DNA of 64,000 bases. Origin: Saccostrea echinata (Eukaryota). The stretch lies in the NCBI RefSeq assembly GCF_033153115.1, contig NW_026889779.1, positions 15,686,001-15,750,000 on the forward strand. The letters run 5' to 3'. The translations under genes were made by a program, and so were the position numbers. This document shows, piece after piece, positions 50,781 through 63,525 of the stretch; position 1 is the first letter of the stretch; every line of letters starts with the position of its first letter. The notes under the pieces are model-generated. The model was not told the origin of the DNA and made no database searches. It worked only from the letters and a program-made list of their open reading frames with translations.

Positions 50781-53003
50781 CTCCAGTTAGGATGGACATC
50801 AGTTTCATGTGATTTTTCCACCAAATATCCTGTACATCCGATGATAAAATATGTCAGACTAAGAAAGTGAGAATTTATCATCCCTGAAGCATGTTTCAGA
50901 CAAAACTTAATGTTAAATGAAGGGGAAAAATAAATCAACCGGAAATTTTAACCGAAATGATTTTTTTTTTCGATGAGGAAAGAGCTAAAGCCACGAATCA
51001 TCATATTTGTTCCTATGTTTTACACAAAAATTGATTAACTGTTTAGTTATAGAACAATATACATCTTTTCCATACGTAACTCATTTTGTTTTATAATGTG
51101 CCATTAGAAAAGCGTTATTCCAATTATTATTACATTTTCAACAGTGAAATACCGTTATTTATTTCTTGAATAAAAGTGATATTCTGTCACAGTGTGAATA
51201 TCTGAACATGTTTAAGTATTCTGAATGTGATACATCATTCACGAATCAATGAATAAAAAAAAGAAATAAATAAATGGATAAAGCAAGAAAAATATGAATA
51301 AATTGGTAAATAATCTTTCTGTTGATAATATTTTTGAAAATATTGAATGATTGTGCACATCTATATGGTCATTAACCTATTCATAATACTAGTACCTAAA
51401 TATAGCCAGAAAAAATAACGTACGGTATCAAGGAGTATCACTATAGAACATTTGCTAATAATCTTTCCTAAACAATAGAACGCCATATTTAAAAGGGCCA
51501 GTCAGTAGAAACTGAACAATTGGTTCTCAGTTCATTGAGAGGTCTTTAATCATAAATGGAGAAGACGCGATAGAACGTTGAACGTTGGATAACCCTTTCA
51601 GAGATATGAGTACTCTAATTCTTTTTACGCAGAATTGTTATAACTTATAATGGATTTGTTCTCTGAGATTTATTAGTTCATTAGTATTAGAGATCCCTTG
51701 TGGAGTAACCTAAAGGAACATCTAAAAATGTGAAATAAGCATTTTGTTGTCAATGAAAGGTAAAAAGCATCAGACATTGAATACTACGTGCAGAAATCCT
51801 ATTTCAGAAAAAAAAACTATCTCAAATCTGTGTTAGGAATCCCACCTCTGATGTTTTTAGACGTCCGTGTTTGCTCTGCGCCCAGTCTGTATTGTTCCAA
51901 TGAACTTGTGAGCTTAATATCCGTTACTCTAATATTTTATCAGGAAGCATGCCTTCCTTCCTCTCTCTCTCTCTCTCTCTGTGAGGGTGTGTGTGTATCC
52001 AAACGAATTCTAAATAATATTTTGCTGTTTTCTCCTTTTTAAAGGAATTTTCAAACAGTAATGAAAAAATATTTTGGGACTCTGAGAAAATTGTATTGTA
52101 TAAAGGTGTATATTGGGTTTATCTAGTTTATTTTTAATAAAGGGTACCTGTCATATTTACCCAGAAAAAATGTTCGAAGACAACGAAGTATTTATGAACA
52201 GAAATCTTTGTAATATATGGAATGATATATTCAATTAATTTTTCTTGGTCTAATATAATGTCAAAAATACTTTAATTTATGTCAAATTGTGTCATTTACT
52301 GTAGATTTCCGGCTATTCCATCATAAATCAAAGGACAGATCACTTAACAGCATCGAAACTAACATGGATTTCGAACTCTTCAGTGTGCAGTGTTTGGAGC
52401 TTCAGTAAAATTTTTAGGATAAACTTCGTTATGATTGATAAACACTTTTTTCAGGTTTGAAATATGGTTATATTGATATTAATCTTTTATTCGTTGTTTT
52501 TCCCTCATATACTGACACGCAAAAGAAAAAGCAAACTTCCAATTTTTGGTAATATTTTTTATTATTCCATTCCAATATATCGTTTAGTTTTAACAACAAA
52601 TTAAAGATACAAATTCTAATAGATAACACAGTGAAGTCAGAGTTATAGCCATCATCACTTTGGCAAACAATGTCAAGACTGAAGAGCTGGAACTCACTCA
52701 AATTTCCTACTTCAATAACGAATATATGACCCCGTTTCTTTTCGTTTCTTGTCTTTCAGTGATTGTTTTCAGGTACATTCGAATTTTCATGAGAATGTTC
52801 ATGTTCATTCTCCATCATGCAAAATACAGTTTTGGTATCAAGCTAAATTGACATCTTCTTCCGCTTCTTTAAATCCAACTGATTTACGAACAATGATGAC
52901 GGTATTGCAGTACAACCTTCCATACCATATTAGCATTGTTTATAACAGAGATTGTTAAGTATACAACATAATGTACATAATGTTTTATGTCTTTTATGTA
53001 CTG

Positions 53004-53284
53004 TGTCAATTCGTTGCCGTCGGACCCCTGACAAATTTCATTCGATATCTTGCGGGCTGACTGCAGCGACATCTTTCGGCAAAATTACAAATCTTGATTG
53101 ATTTTCTTATCTCTCAACCAATCACATTAAGCCTTTCGGTGATGAACAATGCGTAACACGTGCATTTTAGGTGTCAACTGACTCCTTTCTGTTTACTTCA
53201 TTTTGATTGGTGCTTCTCCATGAGAGAAGCAAGCCCAAAGATATCGAATGGAATTTGTCAGGGTCCAACGACAACGAGTTGACA
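53004..53284. mobile_element. MITE with ~48-bp TIR (TG...CA ends)
   Basis: TGTCAATTCGTTGCCGTCGGACCCCTGACAAATTTCATTCGATATCTT and its near reverse complement at 53238-53284. Confidence 0.7.
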
Positions 53285-53620
53285 TAGGACCCCTGATGTT
53301 GTGAGGATGAAATAGTTTTGCATCCCAAATAAATTAGATCAAATACTTGTGAATAAAACAAAACAAAAAAAAGAAAAGAATTGGTTTCTTCTCAATCATA
53401 TATTTGAGATTAAACCTACAGTACATTCGGAAATAAAAGCAGTCGAAACAAATATTTTTTACTAAAATATATACACCCATTTCTTACAAAATATTCTCGA
53501 TAAAGAAAAATCTGTCAGTCACATCTATAAGTAACTACATCAGAGTATGTATAATTATGTTTTCAAAAGAAAATTCCAAATCCAATCCCTGCAAGCAGCA
53601 ATTGATTGTTGTTGTATTAG

Positions 53621-56056
53621 CTACTTTTTAAAGGAGTGGCGTACCTGATTCCAGAAAGACTCCTTCTCTCCTTCTGTTCCGCATGCATTCCAGTCTGCAT
53701 ACGTCACTGTTGAGAGAATTAATCGCAGTGAATTGGTGATGTTCTTTGGTTCAATTTTTTCGATCAAAATGACAACGAGAAGGTTATTTTGCTCCAAAAT
53801 AAGTCGATTTTGGGCAATGATTAGCTCAAAGTCGCACCATTTACTTCTAGCAAAACTGTTCGATAAAATAACAATGACTTTTCGGCTTTTTTGAATGCTG
53901 TTCACGATGTTATCTGCAATGAGCTTTCCTACTTGAAAGTCTCGGTAATGAATACAGAGATGATAGCCTTCCCTATCCTCTAATGTTGGAACCAGAATTT
54001 TATGCACAAATTCTTGATCTTCCTCTGCATAAATAACGAAGGCATCGTAATCAAAACCTTCCTGACCTGCAATTGCTTCATACCCATTCCTTCGAAATCT
54101 GTACATATATATCAAATACCGAATGTGCCATCGGGCCTTGTATATGATCAGGGTCACCATTAATACACAAATAAAACAGGAAGTTATGGCAATTACTAAA
54201 ACTTTAGAATATTCCGGAATAGGACACATTTCTGATTCTGTTAAATCCACAATAGCTTCATTCTTAAGATGCGACGGAGAAGCACATACTAATTTTTTAC
54301 AGGCTCTCCTCATTGGGCAAAGTTTCTGTCTATTCTCTATCATCCAGTCATGGAACCATTTGACCTCTTTGCAATTACAAGAGAACGGGTTGTGTTGGAG
54401 TTCTATGAATTCAATGTATTGTAGAAGATGTCCCGGGAATAATGTTTTGTTCACAACAACGATGTGGTTTTTAGAAAGGTCAATATACCTAAGAGTTGTT
54501 GAATTTCCAAACACATCGTGGCCATTCCATTCCACTATCATATTGGTTTGTAAGTAAAGCTGACGCAAGTTTGGCAAAACTCCGAATATATAACGTGGAA
54601 GATAATGCAGATTGCAGTCCACCAGGAACAACGATTCCAGATTTGTAAGAGGTCCCAGCATCTGTTTCATGACCGTTTCATTGTGTTTGAAAAGGTTTCC
54701 TGACAAATCCAATAACTGAAGACTAGGGCTGTTTTTAAATAAGGAGCCTGGGTAAAAGTTTGGAGGGTCAATAGAAAAATGGAATGCATTATCTCTAAAA
54801 TATAGTTGCTGAAGACTAGAACTATTAAATGCGTATTTTCTTATAAAATGGAGTTGTTCGGCCATTGTACTCAGGTGCAGTATTTTGAGACTTGGGAGCA
54901 TTGAGAATGTATTGGAGTAAAGTAACCGTATTGCATGGTTATCTAAATTCAAATACTCTAAATTATCTAGACATTTAAATTTATATTTCAGCGTTGAAAG
55001 TTTATTACTGTGCATGTCAAGCACCCTCAAGTTACTCAAATTAAAATCACAGAAAACTGGCATCCGAACAAACTCATTTTTTGAAAGATTGAGGGATACA
55101 AGATTCTTAAGAGAAGAAAAATTAGCTTTTCCAGAATTCAGCAAATTATCGTGTAGAGACAAATTCTGCAGCTCGAGAACTGGAGAGAAAAGGCCATCTT
55201 TAAGACTTGTAACATAACTGCTCTCTAATGTGATGTTAATGACCTTTGATCCTTCTAATCCCCGGAAGAATGTCGATGGTAGGTTAGAGAGATTAATTCT
55301 GTTTAATATCAGGGTATGTAGACTGCGACTTAGTGAATGAAAACTCCCTGCAAGACTTATCTTGTCTAATTTCCTTTCGTCTTCGATGTGGAGATGAGTT
55401 AGGTCTCTTAAATCGACAAAAGAATCATTAGCCAATGTCCTGATTCTGTTTTTGAGGAGGACAAGATTTTGTAGTTGTGAAGATTTCGTTAAAGGATATG
55501 TTAAGTTTATGAAAGTAGTCCTATTAATATGGTTCAATTTGTTATTGGACATGCAGAGATGTGTTATTTTAATTGGAAATCTTGGAATATAGGTCAGATT
55601 TAAATTGCTGCATATCGCTGACTTCGAGTAACACTGACATGGGTTATTTTCCGAACACTTCTCCCATGGAACGTCTTGAGGAAATGAGCAGCATTTGTGA
55701 TGTTTCACATAAAGTAAGACAAACAGGAAAGAAGCCTTTAACGTATACACCTAAAATTAAGAAAAAAATTCTTATAATAAACAGTTTTATCATCAATTTT
55801 ATATAGGTAAATGTAATAAACAACCTTAAAAGATTTTCTTTTATTTTTGAAATTGTTGCGTACTAGTAGTCGCGTAGTGTACTCATTTCCGCATAAACAC
55901 CCTAGCCTAATTAATCTGACTTTGAGTACAGTATTCAACCAAATGAAAGTCATCCTCCTTCTTAAAAATGGATTTATAGTAATTAATATTTTCAATACAG
56001 AAAAGGAAACGAAAATCTTAATCAACATTTGCAGGAAACACAAATCTTACCGCCAT
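53621..56056 (-). CDS. Toll-like receptor (single cysteine cluster type), ~711 aa
   Basis: Exon 1 56056-56051 (aaaaATGGCG|gtaaga) and exon 2 55750-53621 (ttttag|GTG). Signal peptide, LRRNT, many LRRs, LRRCT NPFSCNC, TM helix, TIR with YDAFVIY / LCIHYRDF / SKWCDFEL / FW. Confidence 0.95.
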
Positions 56057-57879
56057 TTTTTCAATTCGTAAAAGATTCCAACGTTGAGAATTCAAATGAC
56101 ATTTAATAAACCGATTCACGCTTTATAAATGGAGGTTCTTAACAAAATTTTTCCTGTAATGATTTCTCTAAGATAAGCACCACAGTGTTTTATACAATTC
56201 CAATATTTGCTTCTGCGATAAAACAAGGACGTTATAGAATTTATGATATGATTATAAAACTGTGATTATCAGAATATTCAAAGGACGACGGCACCGGACA
56301 CCACTAGAGCCGCGGTGCATTACGGGAACAGGTGTCCCTATCTCCCACATATCTGGATGAGACTATCTGGTGGGATGGAGAAAAAAATCAAATCGGATCT
56401 TACATACAAAGACATTGTCAAAGCCAGCTCAAATCTTTTTATGACTTAATACATCTACATTTTGTATGTCATGAGATTCTTTTTTCAACCAAGGGTTGGA
56501 TCGAGATACCTTAGTTCTTTATCATTCCTTGTTCAGTTGCCAAAATATAGGATATCTTTAATGAGACAACGAAGGATAAAAAGATGAAGATAATGAAAAG
56601 TGGTAAACAATATATATAATGATGACCGTTTTGGAGGGCAACAGTCGAAATTGACACCCCAAGGAAAACCATTGTCAACCGACGCGTTTTCGAATATAAA
56701 TTTAAAGTTTTCTAATACAAATTACAAGATTTCGCATCTATTTCACATATAAATCACAGTTTTTGAATATATATTACATTGTATGAACATCTTTTCAAAT
56801 GAATATGAATCTCAAGTTTTAGAATATAATTAACAAATGAAAATAAACAACAATATTTCAATAATAGATCACAACTGAAATTTCATCAAATATATCACAG
56901 AATTTCAACGTTTAAACACCATATATTATTATTAATAATAACCATATTTTAAAGCGAAACAAGACTTATAGAGACAGAATAATCGGTAAGATGTATATGC
57001 ATGTAAAATGTGGAGATTTTGAACAGCGATCGAAGTCATAAATCCAGTAAACAAACAATTCGTGAACAGAGGGGGAAAAAACACGGAGACCTGGAAACAC
57101 TAGACGTGTTTATTTTTCAATTTGGACAAACAGTTGATCAAAATGCTACTCTTCATTAATCATACTCTTTTTGTCTGACCTGAGTAAAGTCTGATGCAAT
57201 GCAAGTAGACTAAATTAATACAGTGACAACACAGTTCATTGAATATATAACATTCTATGAAAAAGAAAATTGATGCACAACTAGTTACTATTTAACTACC
57301 CCTATGTAGACTACAATGATTGTGTGAAGTTTTGTTTAAATCTGACATTAATTGTTGTAGGAGTAGCTTTAAAAAATATATAACAGCTAAACAGACAGAC
57401 AGACGGATAATGGACATGTTCATAACTAAAAGAGCTAAAAATTTGAGACTTGTCGATACAAGAAACAGTGATGAATCGTCATACATCATATACCATGACG
57501 ATTTACTTATTGAAATTAATGAGCTCTGTGGAAATTTATTATACGACATATGCCAATCGGCATCCACAGTATTCCATCAGGAAGACTTTATTTCCAATTT
57601 TAATCTGGGACGCCCGATGAAATGTTTCCCTCTCCCGACACCTTTGAGGTTCTGTTTATAACTTGCTAAGTGCGCAAATCGAATTTTTTTTTAAATTCAA
57701 ATCGGTATACGCAAAAAACGTTAAAAATTGTATACATGATTTTCATAAGAAATACATTTGTAAATGAACATGATGCCATTGGTGTTTTTCTCCCTTTAAT
57801 TATATATTAAACTGATTCAAATGTAATGATGAAATATGTACATGTATGTTCTCTGATACTCTTATTACACTTTTTAATT

Positions 57880-57977
57880 ATCTGTTTTTATATTCCTATG
57901 AAGCAGAATTTATTCAAAAACTTCTTTATGAGAAGAAGAAAACTCTTGCTGTGGCCCTCAACGCAACGTTTAGATAC
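57880..57977 (+). mobile_element. Reverse-transcriptase fragment of a Penelope-like retroelement
   Basis: LFLYSYEAEFIQKLLYEKKKTLAVALNATFRY, which is truncated just before the expected (Y)IDD catalytic motif. Confidence 0.6.
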
Positions 57978-57992
57978 TCAGTATATCGACTA

Positions 57993-58230
57993 GCACAGGC
58001 AACTTTGCCACATATGATCCACATATGTGTATCATATGTGAATCATATGATTGGTTTCATATGAGAATCATAAAAAAGGCATCATACATGTGTATGTGAA
58101 TCATATGAAGCAAATCATATGGTCCATATATGATTCGCCACATATGATTGAATATACATACGATTCTCATATGACCCTCATATGAAAGGCAACGCATATG
58201 TTGATCATATGTGGCGAAATGCCTATGTAG
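57993..58230. mobile_element. MITE with CATATG-rich interior
   Basis: GGCAACTTTGCCACATATGATCCACATATG vs CATATGTTGATCATATGTGGCGAAATGCC inverted ends. Confidence 0.65.
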
Positions 58231-59571
58231 ATGCCCAGGAGCAGAAAAGATTTCAGGGAAATAATCCATTTTCACCGTAGATTCAATATAGCCCCACCCT
58301 TAAAACAAAGCCCCTGATCCAGGGACAAGATTTTCACAATTTTGGAAGCGGGACTCTTGCTCATCATAACCATGCACCTAGTTTATCTGCTTTATATGCA
58401 GGGAGAGAGAAGATTTTTTGAATTTTCACTGTGATCAATAGAGCCCGCCCTAAAACCAGAACCACTGACTCTGGGACCACAAATTTCGCAATTATTTGAA
58501 GAGACGCCTTTGCTCATCATAACTATAAACTTGATTTATCTGCTAAATACCTAGGAGCAAAGAAAAGGATTTTTAAAGAAATAATGCACTTTCACTATCT
58601 AATCAATAGAGTCCCCTCCCCCTTCTGCAGAACTCCTCACCCTGGGGCCCTAAATTTCACAATTTTGGAAGAGGCACCATTAATCATCATAACCATGCTC
58701 CTGGTTTATCTACTTTATATACAGGGAGAGAGAAGTTGATTTTTAAAGATTTTTTGCAGTTTTACTATATGATCAAAAGAGCCCCTCCCAATATCAGAGC
58801 CCCTGACCCAGGGGCCAAGATGTTCACAGGTTTGGAAGAGGAGCCCTTGGTCATCAGAAGTTTATACTTAGTTTATCTGCTAAATATCTAGGAGCAGAGA
58901 AGAAGATTTTCAAAGAAATAATGCACTTTCACTATATAATCAATAGAAAAACCCCTTTCAAAGAGAACCCCTCGCCCTTGGGCCATAAATTTCACAATTT
59001 TGGAAGAGGCACCCTTGTTCATTATAACCATGCGCCTAGTTTATCGGCTTTATATACAGGGGGAGGAAGATTTTAGAAGAATTTATGCATTGTCACTATA
59101 TGATCAATAGAGCCCCACCCTAACTCCAGAACCCTTGATTCTGGGGCCATGAATTTCACAAGTTTGGTTGGGTTCAATGCTTATTACAATCATGCCAACG
59201 GTGTGACTGCCTGATGTCCAGGAGTGAAGAAGATTTTTAAAGATTGCACTCATTTTGATGGTTTTGGCACCACCCCTGAGGCCCCAGGGGCGCAGAGACC
59301 ATAAAATTCACACTTTTGTTCCCCTTCACTTATAGATGTTCTATGCCAAAATTTGTTTGCCTTCAAATCTAATCTCCTTCGTAGATTTGGTTTACTAGTA
59401 GGTCTTTTGCAGACCCGGTTTACTACTGAAGAAGTCACAATAGTTGAAATTGGTTCAGCGGTTGCAGAAAAGAAACTGAAAATGTTCAAATGTAAACGCA
59501 CGATGCATAACGCACGAAGCCGGGCGAAAATGGATAGCAATAGGTCACGTGAGTGACTCAGGTAACCTAAA
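58230..59571 (-). mobile_element. HINE/Helentron-like element with ~160-bp tandem array
   Basis: Repeated AATTTCACAATTTTGGAAGAGG..CATCATAAC..TTTATCTGCT units; terminal AGGTCACGTGAGTGACTCAGGTAACCTAAA. Confidence 0.75.
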
Positions 59572-60535
59572 CATTTATATGAAAGTCAACTGATTTTTTA
59601 ATTAAGTAAAATAAGAGTGTTTTTGACTCAAGAATTGTTAAATTAAGTATGAAATCTTAAAAGAGGTAGTTCAAATCACTGAGTCTCGATCCAAAATTTT
59701 AACTCATGGGAAATTATAAATTAGTAACTTAAAAAAATCGTAAGACTCGATGTCTCAACACCCTGGGCGCAGCGTTACGAGTTTGCTTACGAATTTTAAA
59801 ATTATATCAGTGCATTTTTGGTCATTTGAGAATTTGCTTGCCCTCTAAAGGCTCAGATTTTCATCTATGGATCCATCCTTTTTACAAAGAGTGTGTGAGA
59901 AAATTCTAAAATTTGTTATTGATGGGTTCCACATGTAATTTTGTAAGTATTTGAATCGAGTAGTTCTTCAAAGGGGAAAAATCCAAAAACATAAACACAA
60001 CAATACCAAAAACTGCTTTTGCAAGCCGAAGCATGCATAAGTATGTCCCCATGATCGCAACGATGTAATATTAGATTTTAAAGCAGAGAGCAAATAATCT
60101 CTCCCTCTTTTTTTTTAAACAAAATTTCAATTTTTTTTAAATAAATGATCCATTTTTAAGTCCATGAACACCGGAATTTTGGAGAGACACTTACACATGT
60201 AGTTTGAAATAAAATTGGGGGGGGGGATCCATTTAATAAAAATTCCTTTTTGTTTTTATGAATACAGTTAAATTTTTGTGTCCAACCAATTACAGGTACC
60301 TTTTTTTTTTTTTTTTTAGAAACGAGGTATGACCAGATGAAAAGAATAAGATTTTAAGCTCAAAAAAGGACGGTTATGGAGAAAAAATGGGAATAAAATT
60401 TTTCAGTTCATACTTCATATGTTTCAATGGAAAAGGTCGCCATTTTGAAGAAGGAACACTTGTAAAAATATGCCTTCCACTTCCCCCTCATACATAAATA
60501 CAACCATGATATTTTAGGGGGAGGGGGGATTGGCT

Positions 60536-60770
60536 CTGGGGAAAATTGCACTCTATAACTATTACTCAAAGTAGAATCCCTCCCCCCTCCCCCCCCCCGG
60601 AAAATTGAATCCGGTGTGTGATTTTCGTAGGGAAAATCCTACTCTATCTAGAGTCATTTTGACGTGGGGGAAATCTTACTTTAGAGCCTACTTTCGGCGG
60701 GAAATCCTATTCTAGAGCCAGTTTTCCGGGGGGGGGGGGTTAGAGGGGAAAGCCTACTCTACAACACCAG
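60536..60770. repeat. Short repeat with tandem GGGAAA.T.CTACTCTA units ending ACAACACCAG (MITE-like)
   Basis: About 5 degenerate ~30-bp units. Confidence 0.5.
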
Positions 60771-60794
60771 AACAACCTATCGTTAGGTTGTATT

Positions 60795-61030
60795 TTTCTG
60801 ACATGTTTCATACTATTTGTTAAGTCATTGTTTTTATACTCCATCTACAAAATCAATACATACAACACATCAATACTCACGGCGGGTGTGACCGGTCGAC
60901 AGGGGGTGCTTACTCCTCCTTGGCTCCTGATCCCATCTATGCTGTTTCAGGGTCCGTATTTTTGCCCTGTTCACGAATCTTTTTTTAAACTAGATTTTTT
61001 TAGATTGATCACTGTTCGTTATCTTTATCT
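60795..61030 (+). mobile_element. 3' remnant of a retroelement/SINE-like interspersed repeat
   Basis: CACGGCGGGTGTGACCGGTC.ACAGGGG.TGCTTACTCCTCCT...GATTGATCACTGTTCGTTATCTT; degenerate reverse-strand pieces near 56580 and 57020-57105. Confidence 0.5.
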
Positions 61031-62141
61031 TGTTCATTATCTTCATCTTTAACATTACATTATTTTTTAATTTTATCAACATTCTTTGATAACAGATTCC
61101 TGATAGGGTTATGATTCAAGTATGCATACAGAGCCATCTTCCTTGTCTGCAATGAATATAAACAAAGATTTTAAAATAGACATATGATAGATTAATGTGT
61201 GTAACTGAAGGAAGAACTTAAAGGCATAATAGAACTTTGTTTGGAATAGATTAATGTATGCAATTGATGGAAGAACTTAAAGGTTTAATAAAAATTCAAA
61301 TTGGAATAGTCTTCGAATTCCGATTAAAACCGTGATCAAATATTTCTTAATATCTGAAATTAAAAAAAAAAGACTTGATACCCTGATTTACCTGCATGTG
61401 TTTGCCTTCAAATCTAATCTCCTTCGTAGACTCGGTTTACTAGTAGGTCTACGTAGGTCTTTTGCAGACCCGGTTTACTAGAGAAGAAGCAACAATAGTT
61501 ACTAATAAAATTTAGATAATCAAAATTGAAATTGAGCATAAAATACTCAGTATTTCACATATAATAAATTTATTGCGTCTAAAATTATAGAACTTAAATG
61601 CATTTTGTTTAAAAAGGAGTTTTGGAAAGAATCTTCTGTGTTAAAATCAGCAGATCTCTAGCTGGTCCGAGTGATTTTTTTTAGACCATTGAGCTACAGA
61701 TATGCCAATCTCCTGTGAAAAGTTGTTGTTCGTTCCTTTTTCAGACACCTCTACAATGGATTTTTCACCTTAAAAAAAAGCATTCCAAGAAGAGGGTGGG
61801 ATATTTTTAACTTTTTTTCCAGAATAAAAAATTCAGATTCCTGTGTTTTTAGCAGAGGACGGTTACAATTTTTTTCCGGTATTTTTTCCCCACAATAAAC
61901 ACTTTAGATTCGTGCTAATACGTCATACCTATGTCGTTGGTAGGGGGTACTCCATGTAATTTGGAGTTACATACCTTGTGTTATTACTATACTATGTGGA
62001 AAAAAATTATAACAGAAACAGGTGCCTGTGCACATTAACTGTCATCCATGCATTTACGATATCAAACGCGACCACGATGAAGAATTCGGAAGGCCTCGGA
62101 AATTTTCCTGCTACTGTGTAGTATATATTTATTTCCGGCGT

Positions 62142-62150
62142 GTCATGTGA
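62142..62150 (+). promoter_or_regulatory. M-box/CLEAR-like element (GTCATGTGA) just upstream of the GM2A-like gene
   Basis: MITF/TFEB-type site ~35 bp before the ATG, adjacent to ETS-like TTCCGG; fits a lysosomal gene. Confidence 0.5.
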
Positions 62151-62182
62151 TTGTTTGCCTTGTGACAAGCAGATTGTTAGGG

Positions 62183-63525
62183 ATGGCTGCAATCATGGCA
62201 GGAGTCTATGTTGCTTTGTCAGCTTTGCTTTGCATTTCCTTTACAAATGCAGAATATCTGAGATATCAGAAACATTACGAAGATGACGTTTCAGAATTCA
62301 TAAATTTTCTAAAGAAACCTTTCCTTCCAGAGCGTTTCAAGTCACTGGATTTCTTTCAAAAGGCGGTAATGTTAACCAATATAATGTCTGCTTATGGCAA
62401 GGATATCATTGCATGTCCTTGTATCAGTCGGCTAAAGTAGTCTTCAGGTTTTAAAAAAAATGCACCTAGATATGCATTAATAATAAATTTAATATATTTC
62501 GACTTTCACTTCTCTGATAACTACATGCACTGATACATACATGTAACTGTTGCATAAGCAATCTCTTGTTTGAATCAGGTTAGGTTGAGTTAGGTAGAAC
62601 TCTAATCAAAGTTGAATTAGCTAGATAGCCTTAATTTGATGTTAAAAAGATATTGCCCTATTGACCAGGTTTAATGGTGAGGGCTTGTCATGAGGCACGG
62701 TTAGATTGTTCTAACAAAGCTTCTATATAAGCCTTTCAAATACAGTGCCACTGATTTTTAAAAGTTATGTAAATGCAGTTTTATTTTTCACAATCATGCC
62801 TTCTTTTTTTTTTATAAATGGAAAAATGTCACGAATATGTGAGTTCTCATCTTTTTTCCTTTTAATAGATAAAACAGGGACTTGTATACTAACAGAATAA
62901 GCAATTTCTTCAGTGCCAAGATGTCACACATGACCAGCTTACAATTGTTCTTACATTTATTCCAAGTGAAAATTTTAGTTTCTGTTCCTTTAGTTTATTA
63001 GGTGGTTTTTTAAATTGTGTGAAATTTTGGAAATTCGACTAATCAGGGCCATTTGTTGATTTTCACAAGAGAATTTAATTAAATTCAGCATTCATTGCAG
63101 TGCATAATTTGACAGAAATTTCCTATTCTAAACTTGACAATTAATATTCATTAATCCAAGTTAAAGTTATCTCTCTTATCAAAGAATCAATGAACCTTAA
63201 ATAATACCTTAAATATAATTAAGCTATACATACAGGTACTTCCAAGCTATATAGCTTAAATAAAGAAATTGTGCTGGATATTTATGTTGATTGTATGTTC
63301 ACTCAATATAAAAAATTCTTAGCTCTGTGACTAACATTAAAGTTTCATTGTATTTTACAGGGCTTGGATCCTAGTAAGAGGTTGACAGCCTTTCATTTCA
63401 AGAACTGTGGAGGGATGGTAGATGTAAAGAGCTTGTCTGTCACACCTGACCCCCTGCAGTTCCCCGGGACCATCACTTTCAGTGCTAGTGCAGCTCTAAA
63501 TACCACTGTCTCAGGTGAAATAAAT
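62183..63525 (+). CDS. Ganglioside GM2 activator-like / ML (MD-2-related lipid-recognition) domain protein, 5' part
   Basis: Exons 62183-62365 (signal peptide plus pro-region) and 63361-63525 (FHFKNCG...VKSLSVTPDPLQFPGTITFS, similar to the GM2A pattern FSWDNC...SLTLEPDPIxxPGNVT); continues beyond the window. Confidence 0.8.

Noticed and set aside
50191-50812. Hydrophobic Y/F/L-rich ORFs
   Set aside because: Artefact of the 20-bp minisatellite.
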